The translations under genes were made by a program, and so were the position numbers. The notes beneath the pieces are model-generated. The model searched no databases, was not told where the DNA came from, and worked only from the letters and a program-made list of their open reading frames with translations. 64,000 bases of DNA from Dendrobates tinctorius. Its lineage: Eukaryota. The stretch spans positions 4,464,001 to 4,528,000 of the forward strand of contig NW_027361924.1 in assembly GCF_039654945.1 (NCBI RefSeq), written 5' to 3'. Below, piece after piece: positions 25,001-37,000 of this stretch. The stretch's first letter is position 1. Each line of letters begins with the position of its first letter.

Positions 25001-28000
25001 ATGCAACCAGTGGACGGGGTGACAATTTTAGGCAGACAGCAGTGATATTCTTATAATCTTGGACAATAAAGCAGCAACACATTCACTATATACTCACCCA
25101 AACTAGCGCATATTTAAACTGGCTGGTAAGCGTCCTGTGAATCCGGTGACACTAGAAAAAAACAAAAACTTCCAAGTGAAATAAAATACATATATGTGAA
25201 AGGTAACAGCTTCTATGAGTTGTCTGATAGAATTAAGGCTGCAAAGTTATAGCATCCGCTATTAGCAGCCATGAAGCTATGATTGAGTCACAGAGTCAGC
25301 CCCAGCTCTCCTCCTGACAGATTAAACAAGTATTAAAATAAAAAATATTTTACAGTGCAGCCTGCATAAATTATTAATTAGATCTTTTACATCTGAGGAG
25401 ACTAGTGTGCTTACTTTGAAAATCTGGCTAATTCTGGTATTAAAATGAACATCCAAAAGTATTCAGTCTCCATTTGGCCAGGATGACTGACAGCTGCAGC
25501 TTGTACTAAACAGTGTGAGATTTCAGCAGCAGCAGAAAAAAAGCTGTCAGTCAGGATAGGAGGGAGGAGAATCAGCATCAGCAGGTAGGAGGGGACATTG
25601 AGGAGCTGTCCCATCAGGATAGATGGAGATTCAGCAGCAGGGACAGTGAGGAGCTGTCCATCAGGATGGAGATTCAGCAGCAGCAGGGAGGAGGGAAAGT
25701 AAGGAACCGTCCATCAAGATAGATGAAAATTCACCAGCAGCAGGGAAAGTAAGGGATGTCCATCAAGATAGATGAAAATTCACCAGCAGCAGGGAAAGTA
25801 AGGGATGTCCATCAAGATAGATGAAAATTCACCAGCAGCAGGGAAAGTAAGGGATGTCCATCAAGATAGATGAAAATTCAGCAGCAAGGGACAGTGAGGG
25901 GAGCCATCGATAAAACTAGATTGATGGAGATTCAGCAGCAGTTAGGAAGCACAATGAAAAGCTGTCCATCAGAATAGGTGGAGAGTCAGCAGCAGCAGGG
26001 AGGAAGGACAGTGAGGGGCTGTTGCAAAAACTAGATTGAAGGCGATTCAGCAGGAAAGACACTGAGGAGTATACAGTGTTAAAAAAAATTATACAGGTTT
26101 TCTGACATTATCAAGGTAAGTACATGAGCCTCATCAGGTCCAATAATAGTTTAATATTATATGCAGTTTGACCGGTGACACTAAATTCAGACTTGCTGTA
26201 ACAAATTTGGACAACATGTTACTGTCTTGTGCCATCAAATATTTTTGACCAGTTTCCTACGTGTGACTTTACAGTCAGATCTGCTCAGATATAATTATTA
26301 TACAGGCAAATCCTCACGACCAGTGACCTGGAACACGACACCAAAACAGAACTTGAATCGCGCACAGCAGCGCCCATTTAGGAGTCCATTTCCATAAGTT
26401 TTTGGTGTAAGCTATTCCCCCGAAATTCACAAATTACACACAAACAGAAGGTATCTTTTTTCTGCAATCTATTGGTTTTAATAATTGCTGATAAAGTGTC
26501 CTTGGTTATTATAGAGTAGGATTAAACGCCTATAAGACTGCAGCAAACAAGAGGAATTCTTACCACGTGCTCCACAGAGGCGCCTTGACGGAGGATGATG
26601 GCATCTGCAAAATCAGGCCGCTCTGTGGATGAAGAGGGAGGTAAGATCACAGGTTATAACAGCTGGGTGGCAGCAAGTGTTCATTTCCTCACAGCGCCTC
26701 CACAGGGAAAATGAAGCATTACAGAGTTCCCACTGAATTCACTGATCGGTTCTTGTCAAGCACTAAGGTCAGAGCAAAAGGAGCTTACATATAAATCCAC
26801 TCAGTAAAGGTGGAAGGGAACTTAATTAACCCTTGTTAAATAGTTCAGACATGACAAAAGCATCCAACTGGCTGGGGAGAGAGTAAAACATCATTACCTC
26901 CTCGCTTCTTAGTGTAGATACAGGTAAGTGCTAAATATTCCCATAACATTTCCAGTAAATAGTCCAGGTTCAGCTTCATTCCACAACTAAAAAAGAAAAA
27001 GCCAGAGAGGGGATGGGACGCGCGAGAAAAGCCAGAGAGGGGATGGGACGTGCGAGAAAAGCCAGAGAGGGGATGGGACGCGCGAGAAAATCCAGAGAGG
27101 GGATGGGACGCGCGAGAAAAGCCAGAGAGGGGATGGGACGCGCGAGAAAAGCCAGAGAGGGGATGGGACGCGCGAGAAAAGCCAGAGAGGGGATGGGACG
27201 CGCGAGAAAAGCCAGAGAGGGGATGGGACGCGCGAGAAAAGCCAGAGAGGGGATGGGACGCGCGAGAAAAGCCAGAGAGGGGATGGGACGCGCGAGAAAA
27301 GCCAGAGAGGGGATGGGACGCGCGAGAAAAGCCAGAGAGGGGATGGGACGCGCGAGAAAAGCCAGAGAGGGGATGGGACGCGCGAGAAAAGCCAGAGAGG
27401 GGATGGGACGCGCGAGAAAAGCCAGAGAGGGGATGGGACGCGCAAGAAAAGCCAGAGAGGGGATGGGACGCGCGAGAAAAGCCAGAGAGGGGATGGGACG
27501 CGCGAGAAAAGCCAGAGAAGGGATGGGACGCGCGAGAAAAGCCAGAGAGGGGATGGGACGCGCGAGAAAAGCCAGAGAGGGGATGGGACGCGGGAAGAGC
27601 CAGAGAGGGGATGGGACGCGGGAAGAGCCAGAGAGGGGATGGGGGATGGGATGCGAGAAAGGTCACAGAAGACTCCACTTCTCACCTGATGACCACGCTG
27701 TGCGGCTGCCGGGCCAGTCTGTCCACCTCCTCCATGGAGATCTGATCTATTTTATTATACACCTATCGATGATATATTGGGAGAACAATAAGGGGGTTAC
27801 TGAATAGAACAATACCAATTCCTCCATACTCCTATCCGTCAAACCAAAACCCTGCAGAATATAATAATGGATCCTCCGTGCAGATACGGCCCAATCAGAC
27901 ATTCTGAATATTTCCCATCTACTTACATACAGACATGGCATGTACACTCTGTTTCCGACAATGACATCTATGAAGTCATCCGGGCTGCAGTCCTCCCGAA

Positions 28001-31000
28001 ACAGGACCTCGGCGTTGAACATTTCTGGTGAAAAGCTCATTAAGGTCCAATCTATAGGTTGCGGTGAATGTATGTTTTAGGTGTATGCAGCACCCCAGCA
28101 ATAATGGTCCATGAAGGATGCTACTGCAGAGACCAATCACGGATTATAGCAATCCTCTACTTCTCATCATTTGCATCATGCAAATATGGCTGCCGTCATA
28201 TACAACCCCTTGTACTGTCAATCACCATTCTCTAGGACCATAAGAATTATGGGCTGGATCCGAGGAGCTGTATGGCAGGACCACCACACACTCAGCCTCC
28301 TCCATTATATGGACAGATACATTGCAGCAAGCAGGATGGATACTGTACTCGTGCAGAATGAGCTGTACCAGCTTCTCGGAGCACTGGGTCAGGGGGAGAG
28401 TCGAGTTGAATGAGATGCCACCTCCTTTCTTGGGCTAGCAATAAATAAAAAAAAAAAAAAAAAAAATTAACAATGTGAATGTGTTAAAGGCAACTCCACC
28501 TCAATCCACCAATTAAGCTGCATGTGGTCAGTCGTAGCTTGGTGTTCAGTCCCACACACACAAAATTTTCTTTTTAAATATTTTTTATTAAAAAAAAAAT
28601 ATAATTTATCAATATTAAGACAAATAGAAAAATACTACAGCAAAAACAAAAAACACAAGAGTAAAGTAGAAGCACTCACTACTGATCACTCATGCCACAA
28701 CGAGGAGACAAATAACAGTCTATGGCAGTTTCAGGTCTTTGGTCTCCTGCCTCTAAGAGCCCATGAGGAAGCGCCATGAGTGCGAAACGGCTGCAACTGA
28801 TTTATAATCTTGTTTCGGCATGGAATAGAGGGATTTTGGGTTCTTGCCGTAAAATCTCTTTCTTGGAGCCTTCATTGGGGGACACAGATTACCATGGGTG
28901 TATGCTGCTGCTGCTGCTAGGAGGCTGACACTAAGCAAAGCAAGAAAATTAGCTCCTCCCCGGCAGTATACACTAGAGTGACCGGATCTCATATGGGGGG
29001 GAAAAAATGTCAGAATCTTGTTCGTCTGGACCCCACAAAACGATTCCCCTTTCCAGATATTGAGATAGCCAAAATTTGAGCTCGATCAAACGACGTTAAC
29101 CCGTGCCGCTCGTCGCTCAAAGTTTGAAAAAATCCAAATTGAGGTATTTTAAGATTTAGGTATTTTGCATAGTCTGTTAGACTATAAAGAATGTGACAAC
29201 AACATTGCAGAAATAGCCCTGACCAAATTTTCGAACCATTTGTGGTATTTGAATGCAGAGTTGGTGGGATTAACGTTTTTTGATCCCACCATTACAGACA
29301 ATGAAAAGTTGTTAATGGCTAATAAATTGCTCAGTAGCACAGATGAACCATCAGAGCACGCTAACCTACATGAGTTGATAATTTTACATAGTTATCTAAT
29401 CTATTCTAGAGCTTTTGTTAAAGTAGTTTTTGAAACGTCAGAATATAATGCTCGGCATTTGCTTACAACTTGCAGGACATAATGCTTTTGTTCTTCATCT
29501 TTTGTCAGAAGGTCGTTAAAGTCGGTTACTTCCTACCTCTTTTAATTTTTCTTTCCTAACTTTTGGCTTTACAACCCTAGTGTGCTCTGATGGTTCATCT
29601 GTGCTACTGAGCAATGGTGTCTGTAATGGTGGGATCAAAAAACGATAATCCCACCAACTCTGCATTCAAATACCACAAATGGTTCGAAAATTTGGTCAGG
29701 GCTATTTCTGCAATGTTGTTGTCACATTCTTTATAGTCTAACAGACTATGCAAAATACCTAAATCTTAAAATGCCTCAATTTGGATTTTTTCAAACTTTG
29801 AGCGAAGAGCGGCACGGGTTAACGTCGTTTGATCGAGCTCAAATTTTGGCTATCTCAATATATAGAAAGGGGAATCGTTTTGTGGGGTCCAGACGGACAA
29901 AATTCCGACATCGATTTTTTGCGGTCACCCTAGTATACACCCACCGACAGGCACCAAGCACCTCAGTTGGTGAAAAAGCAGTAGGAGAAGCAACCAAAAA
30001 CCATGAACATATGTACCAACCCAACAAGGGACTCGAAGACCCAACACGGTACAACTTAAACAGGGAGGGTGCTGTGTCCCCCAATGAAGGCTCCAAGAAA
30101 GAGCAGCAGCATACACCCATGGTAATCTGTGTCCCCCAATAAGGCGATAAAGAAAATCAAACATTATTGGCAAGTGGCGCCACGTAAGGTAGAAATTCTA
30201 CTACTTTTCCGTAGCAGAAAATTGTCTATGTATGATATGGAGCAAAAAAAAAAAAAGCGACAATTTGTCTCAAATTTTGGAAGTTTTTTTTTTTTCTTTT
30301 TACAACATTTTTCTAAAAATGCAGCATGTGAACGCACATTAAGTTGCCCATATTTCGTCAGGATCCACTGACAAGTTAATAGGAGCAGTGGCCTGGGTGA
30401 TTATTATGTTTTTTTGCTCCGCTGTATGATCCCCGTGAGGATAGCGGCAGCAGTGGCATCCAGGCACCGCTCATCTCCATTAGTACAGAAATAACATGTT
30501 TGGTCACAACTAAGAAATCACGTGTGAAAACCACCAATCGGTTAACTCAACATTTACATTATATGTACGGACCCCAAACTTTGTGTAATGGGATCTATCT
30601 ATATACACGTTATTATACTGGGAGGAAATTACTAAGAAAACTGACAAAATTATGCAAAAAAAAAAAGAAAAAAACCCCAGCTCCATGAACCCCATATATT
30701 CCTGTATTTTCCAATCACTTACCTTAAAGTATATATTGGGCTTTTCCTTGTTCAGCCGTATACCGACAGACTCCAGCTCTTTCTCCAATAAGGATCTGGT
30801 GAAAAGAAAGTCACGACAGTGAGCGTATAATAGGAGTGCCCACCAAGTGCAAGCAGGGCGTGATCTGGTGCCACCACGGACTGCTCACCTCTGGACTTCA
30901 CCTTTCGTGGCATCCAGCATCATAATGACCACGTCCGATGTCCGAGCGACAGCAATGACCTGGCGACCTCTGCCCTTTCCTACAGGGGGATATAGTATAG

Positions 31001-34000
31001 GGTACATTATGGACGATGCAGCGTGCCCCGCTCATGCAGAGCATCACAGACGATTATCAGGAGCATCGACGTCCTGGTCTGTGAACGCAAGAGCTAGCAC
31101 TCACCTTGTGCTGCACCTTCGATAATTCCCGGCAGATCCAACAGCTGGATGTTCGCTCCTTTATACTGAAAGCACAGAAAGGTATCACGGACGGCCCAAA
31201 CGACAGGTGGTTTCCCCAGTTTAGATGTGTAAAAAGCTAAAGCAGAGCTCTGCTTGCTGTCAGTGAATGGGGACACTCAGAATTTCATTCAGTGGCTTAA
31301 CAGTATCTAATATTTCTACTTTTACCGACCGCCAAAAAGCCTTATAAACGGTGGCAGTTAAGGGTACTTTGCTATTTAACGGAGCCGAGAAATAAGGGTA
31401 TAGCGACCCCCAGCGTCAGAAAATCTCTGGGGTCTTGGCTCCCAGGAGTAGTGGAGACCCTGGAGAACATGAACCGGGTTGGTTTTTACAGTCAAGCTCA
31501 AATAAGGATCCCTTAGGAAATAATAAGCCACATAAGTGAACATATATTTCCCTATAAAACTCAAATTTATTCATCTCAATTAAAAAACACCAACCCAGTG
31601 AAAAACACCCTAAGATAAAAACCTAACCTAGACGATACCCTACAATAGAACTAGGCTTTTTTCCTGCCTAGCTGTGGAGGTTGGCACCCTAATAGGCAAT
31701 TCAGTATAATTATATGAGTTCTCATATCAGGTGTCCTCCAAACTCCTCATATGCTGACAAATAGCACCAAACAGTCCCATGGTTAATAGATAAGCGATAT
31801 AACCAAAAAAGGTGCCACCCATATTCCCCCAAGGTAGGACTTATGACTCAGGTGCACCCCGACGCGTTTCCCTGTAAATGGTACGGTTCATCAGGAGGTT
31901 GTACTCAAATGGATGCTGCCTGCCATAGTAGACGAGGACATCATCATTGCCTAATAACTGAGGGATTTTGCTGACATTATTGCTTAACACATGTCTCATT
32001 ACTTATATGAAGAAAAAAATGTGTGCCATAATTATTGTTGTATGTGCCTATAAGACTCTAAATATATACATTACTGTGATTGAGCAGTCCCTCTGATCTC
32101 TTGGAAGGAAAAGGTCATGTACTTTGGTTTTTACTATACTTATTGGGTACCTATTTAGTTTCAAGACTCACTTCACCTCTGCTCTTTTTGGACATTTTTT
32201 TCCCACCTTTTTTTGCCAGGGTGAACTAGGGGAGTGAGGGAAAGCCTACCTTGAGTGGGGGCGCCAAAATCGTCCTATTAGGGTGCCAACCTCCACAGCT
32301 AGGCAGGAAAAAAGCCTCGTTCTATTGTAGGGTATCGTCTAGGTTAGGTTTTTATCTTATGGTATTTTTCATACATACCAGTTTTTCACTGGGTTGGTCT
32401 TTAATTGAGATAAATAAATTTGAATTTTATAGGGAAATATATGTTCACTTATGTGGTTTTTACGGTCCCCTGTCATGTGATCGCAGTTATTCACCGAATA
32501 ATAGCGATCACAATAAAATTAAATAAAAAGTTAGATTTACAAATCATTTCTCTCTCCTCTGATATGATCTAGCATACCAGAGGTGAGAAAAATGGGGTCC
32601 CCCAAGCCCCCCCCCGATACCTCCGCTGGAAGAAGATGGCGGCGGGATGCGCAGTGCGCCTGCCGAGATCTGCCAGCCGGTACTCGGCGACAAGAGGAAA
32701 TTATTCCTATTAATTCATTTTGATCACTGTCATAGACCCTAAGAAAAAAATAGTAAATAAACCCCTCCTTGTCACCCTCTTAGTTACTTAAAAATGATAA
32801 AATAATTTTTTTTTTATTTTTTCCATTCTTTGCAGTTAGGGTTGGGGTTAGGGCTATGGTTAGAGTTGGGGTTAGCACTGAAGTTAGAATTGGGGGGTTT
32901 TCAAAAGTAAAAAAACACCGATGACAATATGACGGCTATTGTTGAGCGCAAGTCGTCGCTACTCGAGTTTGCATTGGATGCTCTGGTATGCACCGAGTAT
33001 CACAGATCCCTGCAAGTTTTTTTGGGGATGTCTAACAGCCAAGAAACATGTGGGGCAGGGCATGTCACTCAAGCACCAGCGATATTCGGTGCATACCCGA
33101 GCGCCCGATGCAAACTGGAGTAGCGAGCACTTGCGCTCAACACTAATGACGATATATTCAATATGACGACCTAATGTGTCGTACCTGTGGATTCAAACTG
33201 CTCACTATACCCCTGGATAAAAATCCTTGAGGGGTGTGGTTTACAAAATGGGGTCACATGTGGGGGGTTTACACTGTTTAGGCACATCAGGGGGTCTACA
33301 AACGCGACATGGGGTCCGCCATCGATTCCAGCAAATTTTGCGTTCAAAAAGTCAAATGCTGCTCCTTCCCTTCCAAGCCCTGCCATGTGTCCTCATAGTA
33401 GTGTTCCCCCACATATGGGGTATCTGTGTACTCAGGAGAAATTGCACAACAAATTTTGCAGTCCACTTTTTTCCTGTGACCCTTGTGAAAATAAAGTTTG
33501 GGTCTAAAAAATTTTTTTTGGGTGAAAAAAGTTAAATGTTAGTGTTTTCCTTATACATTGCTTCAGTTCCTGTGAAGCACCTGAAGGGTTAATAATTTTC
33601 TTGAATGTGGTTTTGAGCACCTTGAGGGGTGCAGTTTTTAGAATGGTGTCCCCTTTGGGTATTTTCTGTCATATAGGCCCCCTCAAAGCAACTTCAAATG
33701 TGAGGTGGTCCCTAAAAAAATAGTTTTGTAAATTTTGCTGGAAAAATGAGAAATCGCTGGTCAACTTTTAACCCTTATAATGTCCTAACAAAAGAAAATT
33801 ATTTTTCCAAAATTGTGCTGATGTAAAGTAGACATGTGGGAAATCTTATTTATTAACTATTATGTTTGACAAGACACTCTGATTTAAGGGCACAAAAATT
33901 AAAAGTTTGAAAATTGCAAAATTTTCAACATTTTTGCCAAATTTCCATTTTTTTCATAAATAAAGACAAGTCATATAGAAGAAATTTTACCACTAACACG

Positions 34001-37000
34001 AAGTACAATATGTCACGAGAAAATGTCAGAATCAGTGGGATTCTTTGAATCATTCCAAAGTAATTATCACAAAGTGACAGCGGTCAGAATTGTAAACGTT
34101 GGCTTGGTCACTAAGGGGTTAATAACAGCAAGCAGAGCTCTTGAAAATGGTACGGTGAAAAAAAAAAAAAAAAAAAAAATCATGCAAAATTCCAATCAGC
34201 CTCACCTCTATCACTCCCGGGATGCACGTCAGCGTCGTGAACTCATAGGAGGCGGCCTCACTAGCGGTGGAGGTCATCAGACTCAGAAATGTGGACTGGA
34301 AAACGATATCAAAATTCCAAAAAAACATTCAAAGAACATTATAGGTAAATGGTAACATTATCATCATACTCCAGTAACATCCAGAGCTGCATTCACAATT
34401 CTATGCGGTGCCCAGCTGTTCATGAAACATCGATAGAGTCTGAGTAGGGGGCAGCACTGAGCAAGAGCAACTAAGGATCTAGTCAATCTCCTCCTGACTG
34501 CTCGGCTGCAATCGGAGAAATACCAGGCATCTGTACCCCAGTGACTTAATCACATGCACAGGGGATGGTTGATATGTTTGTGGGTGAAATACCCCTTTAT
34601 GTTGCCGGATGTCACTGCTGCCCCTGCAGGCCAAATGCGGAATCTACTATGTCACATCCTCCATAATGCAGGAGAGCAACAAGCGCTATAGGATGGCATC
34701 TCACTGCGGTGCGAGTCTGCACAAGTGCAACCATTTAGAATGCAGCTCTGGATGTGTTCAGGTCTGGTATATGGCAGATTGATGCTGTTATGCAGAATTA
34801 GAGTACAGGTAGTCACAAGGGATCAGGGTGGTTACCGACCTTACCCACAGAGGGGAACCCGATCAGTGCCACTCGGGCATCGCCGGATTTCATCACATCG
34901 AAGCCCTCTCCTTTGGCGGCAGCAGATTTGGAGGGCTCGAGGAGCTGGGCTCTGTACTTGGCGAGCTTCGCCTTCAGCAATCCCAAGTGATACTCAGTGG
35001 CTGGAAGACAAACGGGAAGAGATCATAGGCGGCCATATACCAAGCCCGTGTAGCATCCTCACACTAACCAGTGCAGCGCCCTCCCCACTATATCCCCCTA
35101 ACACCAGCGCAGGGTCCTCCCCACTATATCCCCCTAACACCAGCGCAGGGTCCTCCCCACTATATCCCCCTCACTAACCAGTGCAGGGCCCTCCCCACTA
35201 TATCCCCCTCACTAACCAGTGCAGGGCCCTCCCCACTATATCCCCCTCACTAACCAGCGCAGGGCCCTCCCCACTATATCCCCCTAACACCAGCGCAGGG
35301 TCCTCCCCACTATATCCCCCTCACTAACCAGCGCAGGGCCCTCCCCACTATATCCCCCTCACTAACCAGTGCAGGGCCCTCCCCACTATATCCCCCTCAC
35401 TAACCAGCGCAGGGTCCTCCCCACTATATCCCCCTCACTAACCAGTGCAGGGCCCTCCCCACTATATCCCCCTCACTAACCAGTGCAGGGCCCTCCCCAC
35501 TATATCCCCCTCACTAACCAGTGCAGGGCCCTCCCCACTATATCCCCCTCACTAACCAGTGCAGGGCCCTCCCCACTATATCCCCCTCACTAACCAGCGC
35601 AGGGCCCTCCCCACTATATCCCCCTAACACCAGCGCAGGGTCCTCCCCACTATATCCCCCTCACTAACCAGCGCAGGGCCCTCCCCACTATATCCCCCTC
35701 ACTAACCAGTGCAGGGCCCTCCCCACTATATCCCCCTCACTAACCAGCGCAGGGCCCTCCCCACTATATCCCCCTCACTAACCAGTGCAGGGTCCTCCCC
35801 ACTATATCCCCCTCACTAACCAGTGCAGGGTCCTCCCCACTATATCCCCCTCACTAACCAGCGCAGGGCCCTCCCCACTATATCCCCCTCACTAACCAGT
35901 GCAGGGCCCTCCCCACTATATCCCCCTCACTAACCAGTGCAGGGCCCTCCCCACTATATCCCCCTCACTGACCAGTGCAGGGCCCTCCCCACTATATCCC
36001 CCTCACTAACCAGTGCAAGGCCCTCCCCACTATATCCCCCCTATTAACCAGTGCAGGGCCCTCCCCACTATATCCCCCTCACTAACCAGCGCAGGGCCCT
36101 CCCCACTATATCCCCCTCACTAACCAGTGCAAGGCCCTCCCCACTATATCCCCCCTATAACCAGTGCAGGGCCCTCCCCACTATATCCCCCTCACTAACC
36201 AGCGCAGGGCCCTCCCCACTATATCCCCCTCACTAACCAGCGCAGGGCCCTCCCCACTATATCCCCCTCACTAACCAGCGCAGGGCCCTCCCCACTATAT
36301 CCCCCTCACTAACCAGTGCAGGGCCCTCCCCACTATATCCCCCTCACTAACCAGTGCAGGGTCCTCCCCACTATATCCCCCTCACTAACCAGCGCAGGGC
36401 CCTCCCCACTATATCCCCCTCACTAACCAGCGCAGGGCCCTCCCCACTATATCCCCCTCACTAACCAGCGCAGGGCCCTCCCCACTATATCCCCCTCACT
36501 AACCAGCGCAGGGTCCTCCCCACTATATCCCCCTCACTAACCAGCGCAGGGCCCTCCCCACTATATCCCCCTCACTAACCAGCGCAGGGCCCTCCCCACT
36601 ATATCCCCCTCACTAACCAGCGCAGGGCCCTCCCCACTATATCCCCTCACTAACCAGCGCAGGGCCCTCCCCACTATATCCCCTCACTAACCAGCGCAGG
36701 GCCCTCCCCACTATATCCCCCTCACTAACCAGCGCAGGGCCCTCCCCACTATATCCCCCTCACTAACCAGTGCAGGGCCCTCCCCACTATATCCCCCTCA
36801 CTAACCAGTGCAGGGCCCTCCCCACTATATCCCCCTCACTAACCAGTGCAGGGTCCTCCCCACTATATCCCCCTCACTAACCAGTGCAGGGCCCCACCCA
36901 CTATATCCCCTCACTAACCAGTGCAGGGCCCTCCCCACTATATCCCCCTCACTAACCAGCGCAGGGCCCTCCCCACTATATCCCCTCACTAACCAGCGCA

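Larger units (their letters stand above)
31301..34118. mobile_element. Non-autonomous TTAA-type (piggyBac/Kolobok-like) DNA transposon filling DRG2 intron 3, with nested inserts
   Basis: Right end ...ctAAGGGG|TTAA; degenerate left end TTAAc...ttaccgacc; interior resembles common frog repeats. Confidence 0.55.

Noticed and set aside
26845-27807. 230-277-aa repetitive ORFs and in-frame retention of DRG2 intron 9 (699 nt)
   Set aside because: They come from a stop-free 30-bp unit; retention meets TGA immediately (AG|G TGA).
32834-32890. TTAGGG-like telomeric motifs
   Set aside because: Few, degenerate and internal to a common transposon; not an interstitial telomere.
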